From Octopus vulgaris (Eukaryota): DNA of 64,000 nucleotides. The notes beneath the pieces were generated by a model. The model was not told the DNA's origin. It ran no database searches and worked only from the letters and a program-made list of their open reading frames with translations. Where the stretch lies: positions 85,932,001 through 85,996,000 of the forward strand of contig OX597815.1 of NCBI GenBank assembly GCA_951406725.2, written 5' to 3'. The position numbers and the translations under genes are program-made. Below, piece by piece: positions 26,911 through 39,391 of the stretch (position 1 is the first letter of the stretch; every line of letters begins with the position of its first letter).

Positions 26911-27282
26911 TAATGCTATTATCAGTCTGAATATGCTTCAGGCACGTTCGAACCAGTGAACAAGCTATTTACTTCTTTGTGTCACGGAGAATATATCCCG
27001 TTTGTTGACAAATGGCGTGTATATACCTATGTTATCTCGTAGCGCCACCTACTCACACCGTGAGATGCAAGCATTTGGGAGTAGCTATCTCCTCTTCAGT
27101 CATGGACACCAGGCAGGCGACGCTACGAGCTGATTGAAAACGCTAATTAATCCTCTTATGCTCTTCCGTGAGAAAACATAGTGAGTAGGTTGTTCACCGG
27201 TTCGAACGTGCCTCAAGCGTATTCTGATTAATAATAACATTAATATGTTACTTACCATTGCTTAGCGCTCTCCCTCTGTAGT
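26911..27282. mobile_element. Diverged pLTR-type fold-back with a degenerate hammerhead in the loop (27058-27105, minus)
   Basis: Paired blocks are ggcacgttcgaacc/ggttcgaacgtgcc, tcacgga/tccgtga and ctcgtagcg/cgctacgag. The minus-strand loop reads ccatga-CTGAAGA-ggag-atagcta-ctcc-CAAA-tgcttgca-TC-tcacgg. Confidence 0.7.
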
Positions 27283-27348
27283 ATATGCATATATATATAT
27301 ATATATATATATAGATATATATATCTATCTATATATATATATAAAAAA

Positions 27349-27772
27349 AAATTAAATTAGAGATAAAACCACTATTAGGCAAATCAAACAGTGAAAAACA
27401 TAAACCAAAACATAGAAATAAAATTAATTAATATAATATACAACATATATAAAATCTAAAATTCAAAATTTAAATTATTTAAATTTAAAGTTAAAAATTT
27501 AAAATTATTAGTTTATAAATATAAATTAATAAATTAATAATTTTAAATTTTTAACTTTAAATTTAAATAATTAAAATTTTGAATTTTAGATTTTATATAT
27601 TTTGTATATTATATCAATTAATTTTATTTCTATGTTTTGGTTTATGTTTTTCACTGTTTGCTTTGCCTAATAGTGGTTTTAAATCTAATTTAATTTATAT
27701 TTATACTGTAAAATTAGATTTAATCCTAAATCTAATTTTTCCCTGTCAGTTTGGATTTACTCCCAAATATCA
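27349..27772. mobile_element. AT-rich pLTR fold-back (about 160-bp arms) plus tail, family C
   Basis: 27349-27510 is the near-perfect reverse complement of 27535-27696. The family C tail follows. Confidence 0.75.
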
Positions 27773-27848
27773 TTATTATATATATATATATATATATATA
27801 TATTTCAAATGAGGGTGAGAAATTAGATATTAATTCAATTAACATCGA

Positions 27849-27893
<45 letters not shown>

Positions 27894-27954
27894 TATATAT
27901 ATATACATATATATATGTATATATGTATATATATATGTATATATATTTAAGTAA

Positions 27955-28281
27955 AGAGGGAGATAAATTGAATATTAATTTAATTAATATCAATTTAAAA
28001 CCAGTAGCCTATCATGCAAAAATCTGAAAAATCAGAGAAAATTCTAATACATGTGTATATTTAAAGGGCTAAAAAACCTCTATGTGGTCAGCCATATGCT
28101 AGAAGTAGATCACCTACGATCAAACTACAAAGAAAAACATGTTCTCTAGAGAATAATTCACCGGTAACCAGAACAATATGCGGGCAAGACCGATGAAAAT
28201 TACTTTTTTCTTTGTAGTTTGATCGTAGGTGATCTATTTCTAGCATATGGCTGACCACATAGTGGCTTTTTAGCCCTTTAA
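27955..28281. mobile_element. pLTR fold-back with the tail on the left (family B-related)
   Basis: 28060-28137 is the reverse complement of 28204-28281. 27955-28050 resembles 12505-12590. Confidence 0.7.
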
Positions 28282-28309
28282 ATATATATATATATATATA
28301 CATATATAA

Positions 28310-28672
28310 ATCAGAAAAAAACACCTTTTATCAATTAAATAATGAAAATTTAAATTATGCCATTAAGAAAACTTACATATTATAGAAAGATTAAAATATA
28401 AGATAAAACATATAACAATGATTAAGTAATGTGCAAAATAATAAATAGAACTTGCACATTACTTATTCATTGTTATATGTTTTATCTTATATTTTAATCT
28501 TTCTATAATATTTAATTTTTCTTAATTGTATAATTTAATTTTTCATCATTGAATTGATAAAATGTTGGGGTTTTTTCTAATATATATATATATATTATAC
28601 TATATTTTGTGAAATTTGATTTAGTATTTCTAAATTGAATTTTTCCCTGTAAGTTTGGAATAATATTCCCTC

Positions 28673-28675
<3 letters not shown>
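28310..28675. mobile_element. pLTR fold-back (about 125-bp arms) plus family C tail
   Basis: 28312-28437 is the reverse complement of 28452-28580. The tail is tttttccctgtaagtttggaataatattccctc. Confidence 0.72.
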
Positions 28676-28751
<76 letters not shown>

Positions 28752-28753
28752 AT

Positions 28754-28803
<50 letters not shown>

Positions 28804-30563
28804 ATGAAGCAGATGTAACCCTAGGCGTATTGAGGACTTAGAAGTGGCATTGATTGTGCTCTGCTGTTTTCCCCTTGGTTATCACATCGAAGATCGTATG
28901 ATGAGCAACAGAGTCTGTTGCAGGAATGATGCAAAATGTAGAGAGAACTTGTATACCATCGAATCTGTAGTTGTAGCTGATTCAATATTACTTATTGAAA
29001 CATATAGCATTTTTCGTTTATGTAGCAGCTACATTGTCCAGTATACTTAAACTATCCTCTAATACTGCATTTACTCGACATGTGTAGTTTCGGTTAGCAA
29101 ATAGAGTAGAATTATTGTCTAACTCTAATATGATACATTTAGCATCGTTATCTAAAAGTCCCATGAGAAACTGCTTGAGATCAAGAAGCGTAAAGTTCAA
29201 GTGCTTAGTTGTAAGATTTTCAAATGTATTCTCAGTTGTTAATATACATATACAAAAGTGGTATCCTTTCAAAGGGAGAAAGAGCTAACTGCGAACCCCA
29301 AAATTAGGCCTGCCACTGGTTAAACTGAAGATGGACATGGCGTAAAATTGCAGAAAACCTCGCGATCCTGTTTTCTACAGTTAATAGAATGATTGTGCAA
29401 TTCACAAGAGAGGGGAAGGAGTTCACATCATCTCTCCCATGTTGACCAGAGCCCGCTGACAGGACCTTTCTCTTTGTTAAGAGAATCGTAGAGGATAATC
29501 CTCGTTGCAATGCCTCTGACATAGCAGAACACACTGATGTCAGTCCCAGAACTGCTGTCAGGTATCTCCAAAATATATATATGTATACACACACACACAC
29601 ACACACACAGACATATATATATACATATATATATCAACAATTGAGGGTAAAATTAATTAATCAATTTCACCAAGTGTTCTGGCAAAGTAATTTATTTTAT
29701 TTTACTAAGCCCTAATTATAAATATATACATATATATATATATATATATTTATACACTCATATACATATATATGTATGTTCCAATGTCTGTGTATGTTTG
29801 CGTGTGTGTGTATATACAAACTGGAGATCCAGTTAAAATAGGCTGAACAATGTTACAAGAACTTACGTTATCACTTTAAAACTAACGAAAGACACACAGT
29901 CATACTTACCTGCGTACATGTGTGTGCAAATATCTGTGCGTACGTGTGCTTGTGTGTGTATGTGTATGTGTGTGTGTGTGTGCGTGTGTGCCCACTCAAA
30001 TCACCAATCTATTGTTATTCCCAACATGTTTTCACAATCAGTTAGTACATCTTGATTTTACCCCTGTTTCTTTTTTATTCTTCCTTTGCGATTCCATACT
30101 TACACTGGTTGTGATAATTTATATTGTTTTCCCCAGCAATTTACTTTGTATGATAAAGGATGGTTATTTTTTGTCCCTCTCCAATGCAAGTCTGATAAGC
30201 ATACTCATTTGCTTGACCTTTCATGATTATAAAGATAAACTATCATAATTCTATTAGTGTTGTTAGCTGAAAGTGTAATTGGTGTGCATGGTTTTTTTTT
30301 GCTCTTGGGTATTAGTAGCATCAGTATATGATTGCAAATATAGTAAAAAAAAATATACTCAAAACAGTCCTGCATTGCCTGATCCTTGGCAAGCAAAAAT
30401 ATATACTGTTCTACCGTAGTAAATGAACAAGTATAAAATAATTAGTCACAGTTTTAGAAAACAAAATTAATATGCTGCTTCTCCAAACTGCTTTAGGTGT
30501 TTCTGTGTTCTGATAAACTACAACTTGTTATACAAGATTTACAGATGAAATACGTTCTATGGA

Positions 30564-30595
<32 letters not shown>

Positions 30596-30651
30596 ATGTA
30601 TATATGTATATATATGAATACATACATACATACGTACATATACGTGTGTGT

Positions 30652-30707
30652 ATATTGTCCGTTTTCCACCTGCCTTCGTCTTTTGTCTATTTTCATAAAG
30701 CTTCCCG

Positions 30708-30710
<3 letters not shown>
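30652..30710 (+). mobile_element. Short family D pLTR terminus
   Basis: ccacctgccttcgtcttttgtctattttcataaagcttccc-(TA)n, similar to 23137-23176. Confidence 0.55.
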
Positions 30711-30771
<61 letters not shown>

Positions 30772-31307
30772 GTATATATGTGAGTTGCTGACTCACATGT
30801 CGTTGGCCTGCAAACGGAATGGTTATTACAATAACAGAATGTTTATTTCGAAATGATGCTTAAGGAAATTAAAAGAGATTAACATTTTAGCAGTAATATG
30901 CAATCAATAATTCATAGATTTTTATTTGTATTAAAAATGTCACTATTCAAAATATGATGCAATCTTTGAAACTGTATGACTTAAATATGTACATTTCTGG
31001 TTAATGTGAGCTAATTTAAAATATAGGAATTATTGAAGATAACAACAAAAACAAAACTATTAACAACGATAACAATAATATTATCCATGGCATAAAAATA
31101 AGAAATTCTTACATTGGTACAATGAAGGCATTCACAATTTGTAAGGTAACAGTATAATTGATTAACATCAGTCCCATCACATGCCTGGTACGTAAAGATG
31201 AAAAGCAAACTAGATTAAAATTCAAATCATTAAAAGGACGTGACATATTGTTGCTTGTTATAAAATCTACTCGAGCGTTGTTCACAGCATTATAATCATC
31301 ATCATCA

Positions 31308-31368
<61 letters not shown>

Positions 31369-31413
31369 GCATTAATAATAATAATCATAATAATGATAAT
31401 AATAAAAATGATG

Positions 31414-31469
<56 letters not shown>

Positions 31470-31733
31470 TATGTAATGATAACAATAATGATGATAATAA
31501 TAATAATAATGGTCTCTGATATAGGCACAAAGCCAGAAATTTTGAGGAGAGGGGTTTTGTTAATATTATTGACCTCTGTGCTCAACAGGGACTTATTTTA
31601 TCGAGCCATACAGGAGGAAAAGCAAAGTTGACATCGATGGAATTTGAACTCAGAATTTAACTTAATATAGCAAAACATGTTCATCTATGTATTCATTCCG
31701 TCAAGCAAGAGCCAATTTATAGTAATAATAATG

Positions 31734-31801
<68 letters not shown>

Positions 31802-32353
31802 TGTTTCTAATTTAAACATTAGTCCAGAGGGGGAATAATTCAGTCTATCACATTAACCGGTCTATTACATCGACCAGTGATTCAGTGTTTCACTGGCAAT
31901 ATTTTGTATCGACCTCCACATGAAAAGCAAGGTTTCTCTCTCCAGGATTTGAACTCAAAACATAATGAGCCAAAGAGAACGATTGTGACAGTTCATCGGT
32001 CTTTTACAAATATCTTATATAGGCAGAAAGCAGGATTAAATTGTCTCAGGACTTGATTGGTACTATATTTCATCGAAAGGCAAAGGTGATCTCGATCAGA
32101 TATGGACTCTGAATATAAACGGCTATACCTTAGTTCATCGCTGAATCATTTTTACATTGGCACCTTTCCACACATGCCTACATTATTTGCAGATATTATA
32201 GATACTATTTTATCGTTTCAAGAAATCTGAAGGTCATAGCGGATCCCGAAAGAATATCCGTTGAGAATGTAAAGGGAGGTGAATCATCATAAGTGTCGTC
32301 ATAGAAATAACAATAACACTAATAACAAGAGTAGTAGTAGTAGTAGTAGTAGT

Positions 32354-32419
<66 letters not shown>

Positions 32420-32939
32420 TGTTGTTGTTTTTGTTGTTCTATTAGGGACAGCTAGGATTTTGAAATTAGTGGTTGGGTTTTGGGAGTCTTCCACGATAGT
32501 TAACATCCAAATACGAAAGCTTATAGTTTGCGGAAAGAGACCCTGTGATACCTCAGGCAACAAACTGCTGTTCGCTCTCACAGAATCAACCAAAGCAAGT
32601 AAGACCGAGAGCTCTGAGAAGTAAGATTCAAATAATGACGGACTCTCCAGGCGAAGACGACATATGAGTTTTTCAGCCTTTGCCGAATGACCTGCACAAA
32701 TCATTTGTTTATAGTGACCAGATATATGCGCTGTAAATTAGCCCACTCCCTTCATCAAATCGATGTTGCCTGAACGGGTGCCCACTGTACCACACGTCAG
32801 ATGTCGCAGTGATCGCAGAGCAACTTTTTGAGATGAAGTGTTTTGGTCAAGAACATAACGTACCACCCAGTCTCGGAATTGAAACCATCATCTCGTGATC
32901 GTGCGTGCAACACCCTAACCAATAGGCCATGCATCCTCG

Positions 32940-32998
<59 letters not shown>

Positions 32999-32999
<1 letters not shown>

Positions 33000-33385
33000 T
33001 GTCAAGACCTACCAAAAACTGAGCAAATATAAATATCTTGAAATAGAAATGAGCAAAATGTGGAACCTGAAGACTAAAACAATACCTGTTGGCATAGGTG
33101 CCCAGGGAATGATAGCAAAAGGGGCTGATTGCTACCTAGCTCAGATACCAGGAAACCACCCCAAAATGGCAGAAATTCAAAAGATAGTGCTCATAGGAAC
33201 TGCTCATATCCTACGCAAAATACTTTCTATGTAATCTCAAGTTTTAAAACAAACATAATTGTCTTATGGTTTCTTAAATATTCTCTAGAACAACACTATG
33301 TACAAAACCAAATATATGGCACCCTAGGTATAATACCAACATGAACTTCCAACTTGTACAAATGTAAAGCACAAGTCAAATATAA

Positions 33386-33386
<1 letters not shown>
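32999..33386 (+). mobile_element. R4/Dong-type non-LTR retrotransposon 3' end (restriction-like endonuclease tail)
   Basis: KYLEIEMSKMWNLKTKTIPVGIGAQG...IQKIVLIGTAHILRKIL. Pure (TAA)n on both sides. Confidence 0.8.
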
Positions 33387-33462
<76 letters not shown>

Positions 33463-33477
33463 TGATGATGATGATGA

Positions 33478-33701
33478 TATGGGAACAGTAAGCAAAGATA
33501 TAGACAAATGACTGAAGATGATTGAAACGAATGCCCGATGGAGCTCCTACAGGAAGTATGTCTCTTAGGGAAGGCAAGGGTTACTATGAGGGGTCTGAGC
33601 ACTTGAAAGACTGCTGAAAACTTGTGGATACTTAAGGTTACGGTAGTATCCGCTACCCACATAAATCTTACAAACAGTAAGACCGAACCTAAGCCAAACC
33701 T
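33478..33701 (+). mobile_element. Second, different R4/Dong-type 3' end
   Basis: MGTVSKDIDK*LKMI...MELLQEVCLLGKARVTMRGL. (TAA)/(TGA)n lies upstream and (TAA)n downstream. Confidence 0.65.
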
Positions 33702-33702
33702 A

Positions 33703-33766
<64 letters not shown>

Positions 33767-34626
33767 TTTAAAACGAAATGCCATCAGTTTTGTAGTGGAG
33801 GAATTAGTTGATGCTATTGACCCGAGTTTTTGGTACTTTATTTTATCGTTCTTGAAGGATGAAGAGTAAGGTTGACCTTGGCAGGATTTGAACTCAGAAG
33901 ATGAAGAGTCAGGAGAAATATTATCTTCAAATTTTAACAAGGCCAGAAAGTTCAGGAGAGGGAGTAAGTCGATTACAGCGACTCCAGTGCTCAATTGGTA
34001 CTCATTGTATCGACCCTGAAAGGATGAGAGGCAAAGTCGACCTTGGTGGAATTTGAACTCAGAACTTAAATACGGATGAAATGCCCCTAAGCATTTAGTC
34101 TGGAGAAATATTGGAGGGCATCTCTGACGATATAACATTTCTAGCAGTTCAATAATTGCAATAAGCGATACGAAATGAAATGAGTGCTTTGGTGTTAGTG
34201 GGTAGAAGATTGGCCGATTATATTGATCTTCAGTACTTGAATGCTATTTTATATTATCACTCTTGGAGGTATGAAAGATAACGTCAGCCACGGTGGGGAC
34301 TGAACTCAAAATATATAAAGCCAAAAGAAAAACTGCAAAGAATTGTGTTCAGTACTGTAACGATTTTACCAAGTTGCAACTAATGATGATGATGATAATA
34401 ATAATAATTGTGCGAAAGCTGCACAAGAACACACTTTGAGGAGATAGTATAGCTACGTAAAATGACCCCGGTTCTTGAGTGGAATAATATTTTATCGATC
34501 TGGAAGGATGAAAGACAAATTAAATCGCGGCGGAATTTAAATTCAGAAAGTAATTGGATGTAACCGAACAAGGATGGGAATCTAATTCGACAGTCTTCCG
34601 TTGCTGCCCGTAGGTCTTCATATGTA

Positions 34627-34688
<62 letters not shown>

Positions 34689-37600
34689 ACAATGATAACA
34701 AGAGATATTGCGAAGAAAACAAAGTTCTTGTGAAACATAACAATATCTAGCAATGAATTAGATATTCGTTAATTTAACCCTTCGTTACATTAGAAATCTA
34801 ATTATTTCCTATGAATCTAGCATCATTAGATCAAAAATAACTCTGTCAGTTGATCAGATTTCAGCAATAGGATGTCTACTGGATATGGAAATGAATTAAG
34901 GCTATCAGAATCGGTCATAATGAGTAACAAAGCACGAAAAATTGCCTCAGACAATAACTACGGCTATATTTAAAATATTTTGTAGTCTATTTTGATAATT
35001 TAAATTTTGTTTTCATTTAGCTATTTTTATTTATTTATTTTTTACATTTATTTATTAATTATATTTATTTATTCATTTAGATATTTATTTATCATATTTA
35101 TTTGAGAATGTAAATGGAAGGAGTTTTTCCTGAATCTCAGAGGATTTACTTTCATCCTAAAATCGCATGCAAAAGTAAATACATGCTGTCATCGATGCTT
35201 ATATGCATTAATATGTGCGTATATGCACATATGTACACATAGATTACCGCGCTGTTTGTGGTTCACATCTCATGCGACAGTTATAAATAAAATGCCTCAT
35301 GTTAAGTTCGCATTTGTGGCCACTCACACTCATAGGCAATTCGTGCACGCACAGACTTTTATTACACACTTCGGAAACCATTCAGAGGAACCAATCAGAG
35401 GTTCACACATTGTTACTTAGTTTGACGCAGACACACAGATGAGGAATGTGTTCCATCTGATATTTTAGATGTAAACGATAACCAGAGTTGCTCTTGAAAG
35501 ACAAATTTTAACCTCAAATAACCACATGAAAATATTTAGACGATCTCCCAACATATATACATATACTTGCAGACAAAATAAGGAATAAATGTGAATTAAA
35601 CACAACCACACATACTAACTTCTTAAACAAAAATCGAAACAAACAAAATGAAATACAACATTCTGTACCACAAATGCGAGGCAAAGAGGTTAGCATTCTC
35701 ATTAAAAGTTGGAGGCTAAACATAGTTGCAGTGAAATGGGAATTGTTAGCAAGAAGATTCTTATTATCAACCTTAAAATTAAAATCATAATGATACTAGA
35801 GTAATGGACATGCAATGCTGTCGTTAGCGAGTGGTTTATGCCATAGATAACGAGACTTTTAGCGTACAATTCAATATTGTGGGATTTTGTCTTTCTTTGT
35901 CTACATCGTCAAAATCCCTCGATTTTGTAAGAAAATTCACCACAATCACTGATCATAATGTATGCTTGGACGTCATTGTAACGCTCAAAATCCATAGGGG
36001 CCTGAATCTCAGACAAATTCATACTAATCATCCGAACAAAACAGTTCTAAATATCTTCCAATCAATCTGGAAAAATAAATGCTTTTGAAGATAACAACCG
36101 TGAGTTGCCTATCTTTCCAATACATTGTAGAACAAGAGAAATAATTCTGAAAACTGCGAGTTTGATCACGTGGCCAGTATTGACAATTTAGCCCACCGTT
36201 GCCTTTACGGATAAAATTTTCTTTATTTCTCATCTCAAAATATTCTCTGAAGAATCTCAAGTACACATCCTTCTGTGTCCCTCTGTGAAAAGAGAGAGTA
36301 AACCACTGACTAGATTCTAATAAATATCAACTCGACAACTCGACTTTTTCTCAAGGATTGAGTGCTATTTCAATAAATGTACTGTGCGTGTAGTAATATA
36401 ATATAACATAGTATAATATAATAGACACACACACACATCTAAAAGCATATATATATTTGTGTTTATAGTCAAACACGTACACATACATACTGACATAAAA
36501 TGTAATTGAGATTGTATTTGTTTTGATAGTTTATCTATATATGTATCTATATATTTTTAAACATGATACTTCCGTTTTGTTATAAAAAAAAACAAGTATG
36601 GAAGGGTATTTAAAGGGACTAATTAGCTGAAATCAAACGCTTACATTTCGATATATTTACCTCTACAAGATTAAAAATATATTAACAATTTTATACATAT
36701 ACCCAATAAAAGTAGCATCGTGTTTGAATTCATTGCATTCCCATATATTCATGCTTTTGTTTTCTCTCTATTGCAGTTATAGCTGAAATTCGAATGTTAT
36801 ATATCCTAGTAGTTATTTTGTTGTTGCTTAGGACCTTGTAAGGCTTGATCGAGGTAATCTATGATAGAAGTCCTAAACCGACTATATTCCCCTTTTTTAA
36901 AGTAGAGTTTACCCTGCACGAAGTTATCGAATCTATTCTTATTTTGAGATAGGTATGATCTTTTAAGGACATTTCACTGATATTTATAGCTGGTCCAGCC
37001 TTTACAATTTTTTCTGTCTCGCTAGTCCTGAGCGCATTGACATATTTCTAAGATTGTCATCTCATTTTGAAAACATTCTGATATATATTTCATAATAAGC
37101 TATAATCCTTCCAATTGAAATAAAAAATGACATCATTTTTCTGAAAAATAAACCAACCGTAGTGAAGCTTCATGATCTAGTGATTAGAGTGTTGGAATCG
37201 GGATTATATGGGCGTACATTCTGTCCCTGGATCATGCTAGGTGTGGTGTCCATGAGCAAGGCACTTATTTTATGTTGTTCCAATCTTCTCATCTGAAATT
37301 ACTACAGATCTAGAGCTAAGGAAGCTCTAATTTATTCCCGCTGTCATATCCTCAGATTTTTTATGGATGATATGTGGGAGACCGAGAGAATATCTATCTC
37401 TGCTCGTGACTACATTGAAACCTAAAACAAACTACAAAAGAATGGCTAATGTGTCATGTTCGCTGTATTTTATTTGAACTGTCGACATGAATTGTAAATA
37501 TGAATTCACAATTTTGAAACAGAAGTTTGTTGTGCAGATATACAAAACTAAGTGAAGGCCAATAAAAATATGAGCAAATAGAAGTAAAATATCACGTCTT

Positions 37601-38467
37601 GTTTCTGGATCAGTACATGTTATTGTTACTTATTCTCAGGTTAACTAAGATTCACGATCAAGCCGTGGCAACTACAATATTTTGCTTCCTTACATTTTAG
37701 ACACTAGGCTGTAGGGTGAGAAAGCTTTGGCGACGAATTCTTGCTCGTCGGATGGATACATAAAGGATTTCTTGGTAGCTCATATGTAGTTTGTTTTAAT
37801 TCTGTTTTTACATCAGATATTACTTCTCGGAATAAAGCGTTAAAATGGCGCATAGCAATGGCTTCAAACTAAAATTCTACCGAAGTCGACAATTTCATGA
37901 TTGAAGTTCGATAAAAAAGAAACTTGTTATGTACTGAAGTCATTTTGATTCACAAAACCTCTTTCCATCAAATATTTGACGTATGTTTAAGTAAACCACA
38001 ATATCCTAAAGATATTAAATATTGTTTGTGATTATTATCTTTTTACAGTACGAAATATATTTCTTCTAATAAAATTAATATAAATATATTTTATATAAAA
38101 ATATATTGTACTTAAGTATTCTGAATATTTTCATCTTCAACTTCATTTTTTAAAAAATAATAGCAGTAACAACAAATAAAATAACAACAGAAACAACATC
38201 AATACCAATGATACTACATAAGCGTGTCTATATTCAATTTTGAAGTATATGTAAGTATATTTTGCATATGTGTATGTGCATATATGCATTCATACACATA
38301 TACAAGCATATATACCTCCAAATGTTACACTTAATGAACGGAAATAGAATGTAGTACTCAATATACATTTTAGAGTTTTATATACATACAAACACGCACA
38401 TACATACATATATACACGTGTATATACATATATGTATATGCAAACGCGTACACACATATATATATAT

Positions 38468-38530
<63 letters not shown>

Positions 38531-39334
38531 CACAATATATATATATATTCATGTATATATACGTGTGAATATATATTTGTATTACTACATGAGTATGTGC
38601 TTGAATGTGTATATATATTACGAAAGTTTTCGATTTCTAGAGAGGCATACATTGGTGAAAATGAAATATTAATTCGTTTATCTATCTCAACATCACAAAA
38701 AACAAAACAAGACCATTACGCACCACGCAAGGACTAGATGGTCCTTAATTGCTTAAAGTAAAAATTATGCAGCTTTGACGTCACAGCCGATGCTCTAAAA
38801 CGTATCAAGTTTAAAATATTCATAATTCTTTAGGACTTCACCAGATAACGTCTGTCACCTTCCTTCATCCGCCTCCACTTCGTTTTCACTTCACCGCTTA
38901 TTTGTTCTTTACTTGTATAATCTTCTCATCTTTGTTTTCTGTGTCATATCACCAGAATTTTCTTGCATTTCAATAAAATAAATTCTATAGATGACTACTC
39001 AACATATATTAGTTTGGTATCTCGTGGAATATAATTTAAATATGACAAAAAGAAAAGAAAAGACATTAAGAAAGAACAGATATAAACATAAACGATTTAT
39101 GAGACTTTGGCTTTCGACTATCAAGAATGCATAAAATAAATTTTTTCCATAAATCAATTACAAATTATTATTTCGTGTAACTTAAATAACCGTGAAAAAA
39201 ATACGGATTCTACAAACATATATATACGCACACACACTCAGACACACACGCACACACACACGCACACGCATGCACACACATACTCACACACATATACATG
39301 CATATATATATATATATGTTTGCACGTATATGTA

Positions 39335-39391
<57 letters not shown>

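Larger units (their letters stand above)
31500..34560 (-). mobile_element. Array of old SINE copies interspersed with (TAA)n
   Basis: Repeated gaatttgaactcag or gatttgaactca cores at about 31640, 31945, 33885, 34050, 34300 and 34530. A distinct tRNA-like head lies at about 32800-32940. Confidence 0.7.

Noticed and set aside
33510-33535. ctgaagatgattgaaacg as a hammerhead core
   Set aside because: There is no stem I, II or III, and it lies in R4 coding sequence.
38725-38850. Minus-strand ctggtga-agtcct...aggac as a hammerhead
   Set aside because: No GAAA follows the stem and there is no cleavage triplet or stem I.
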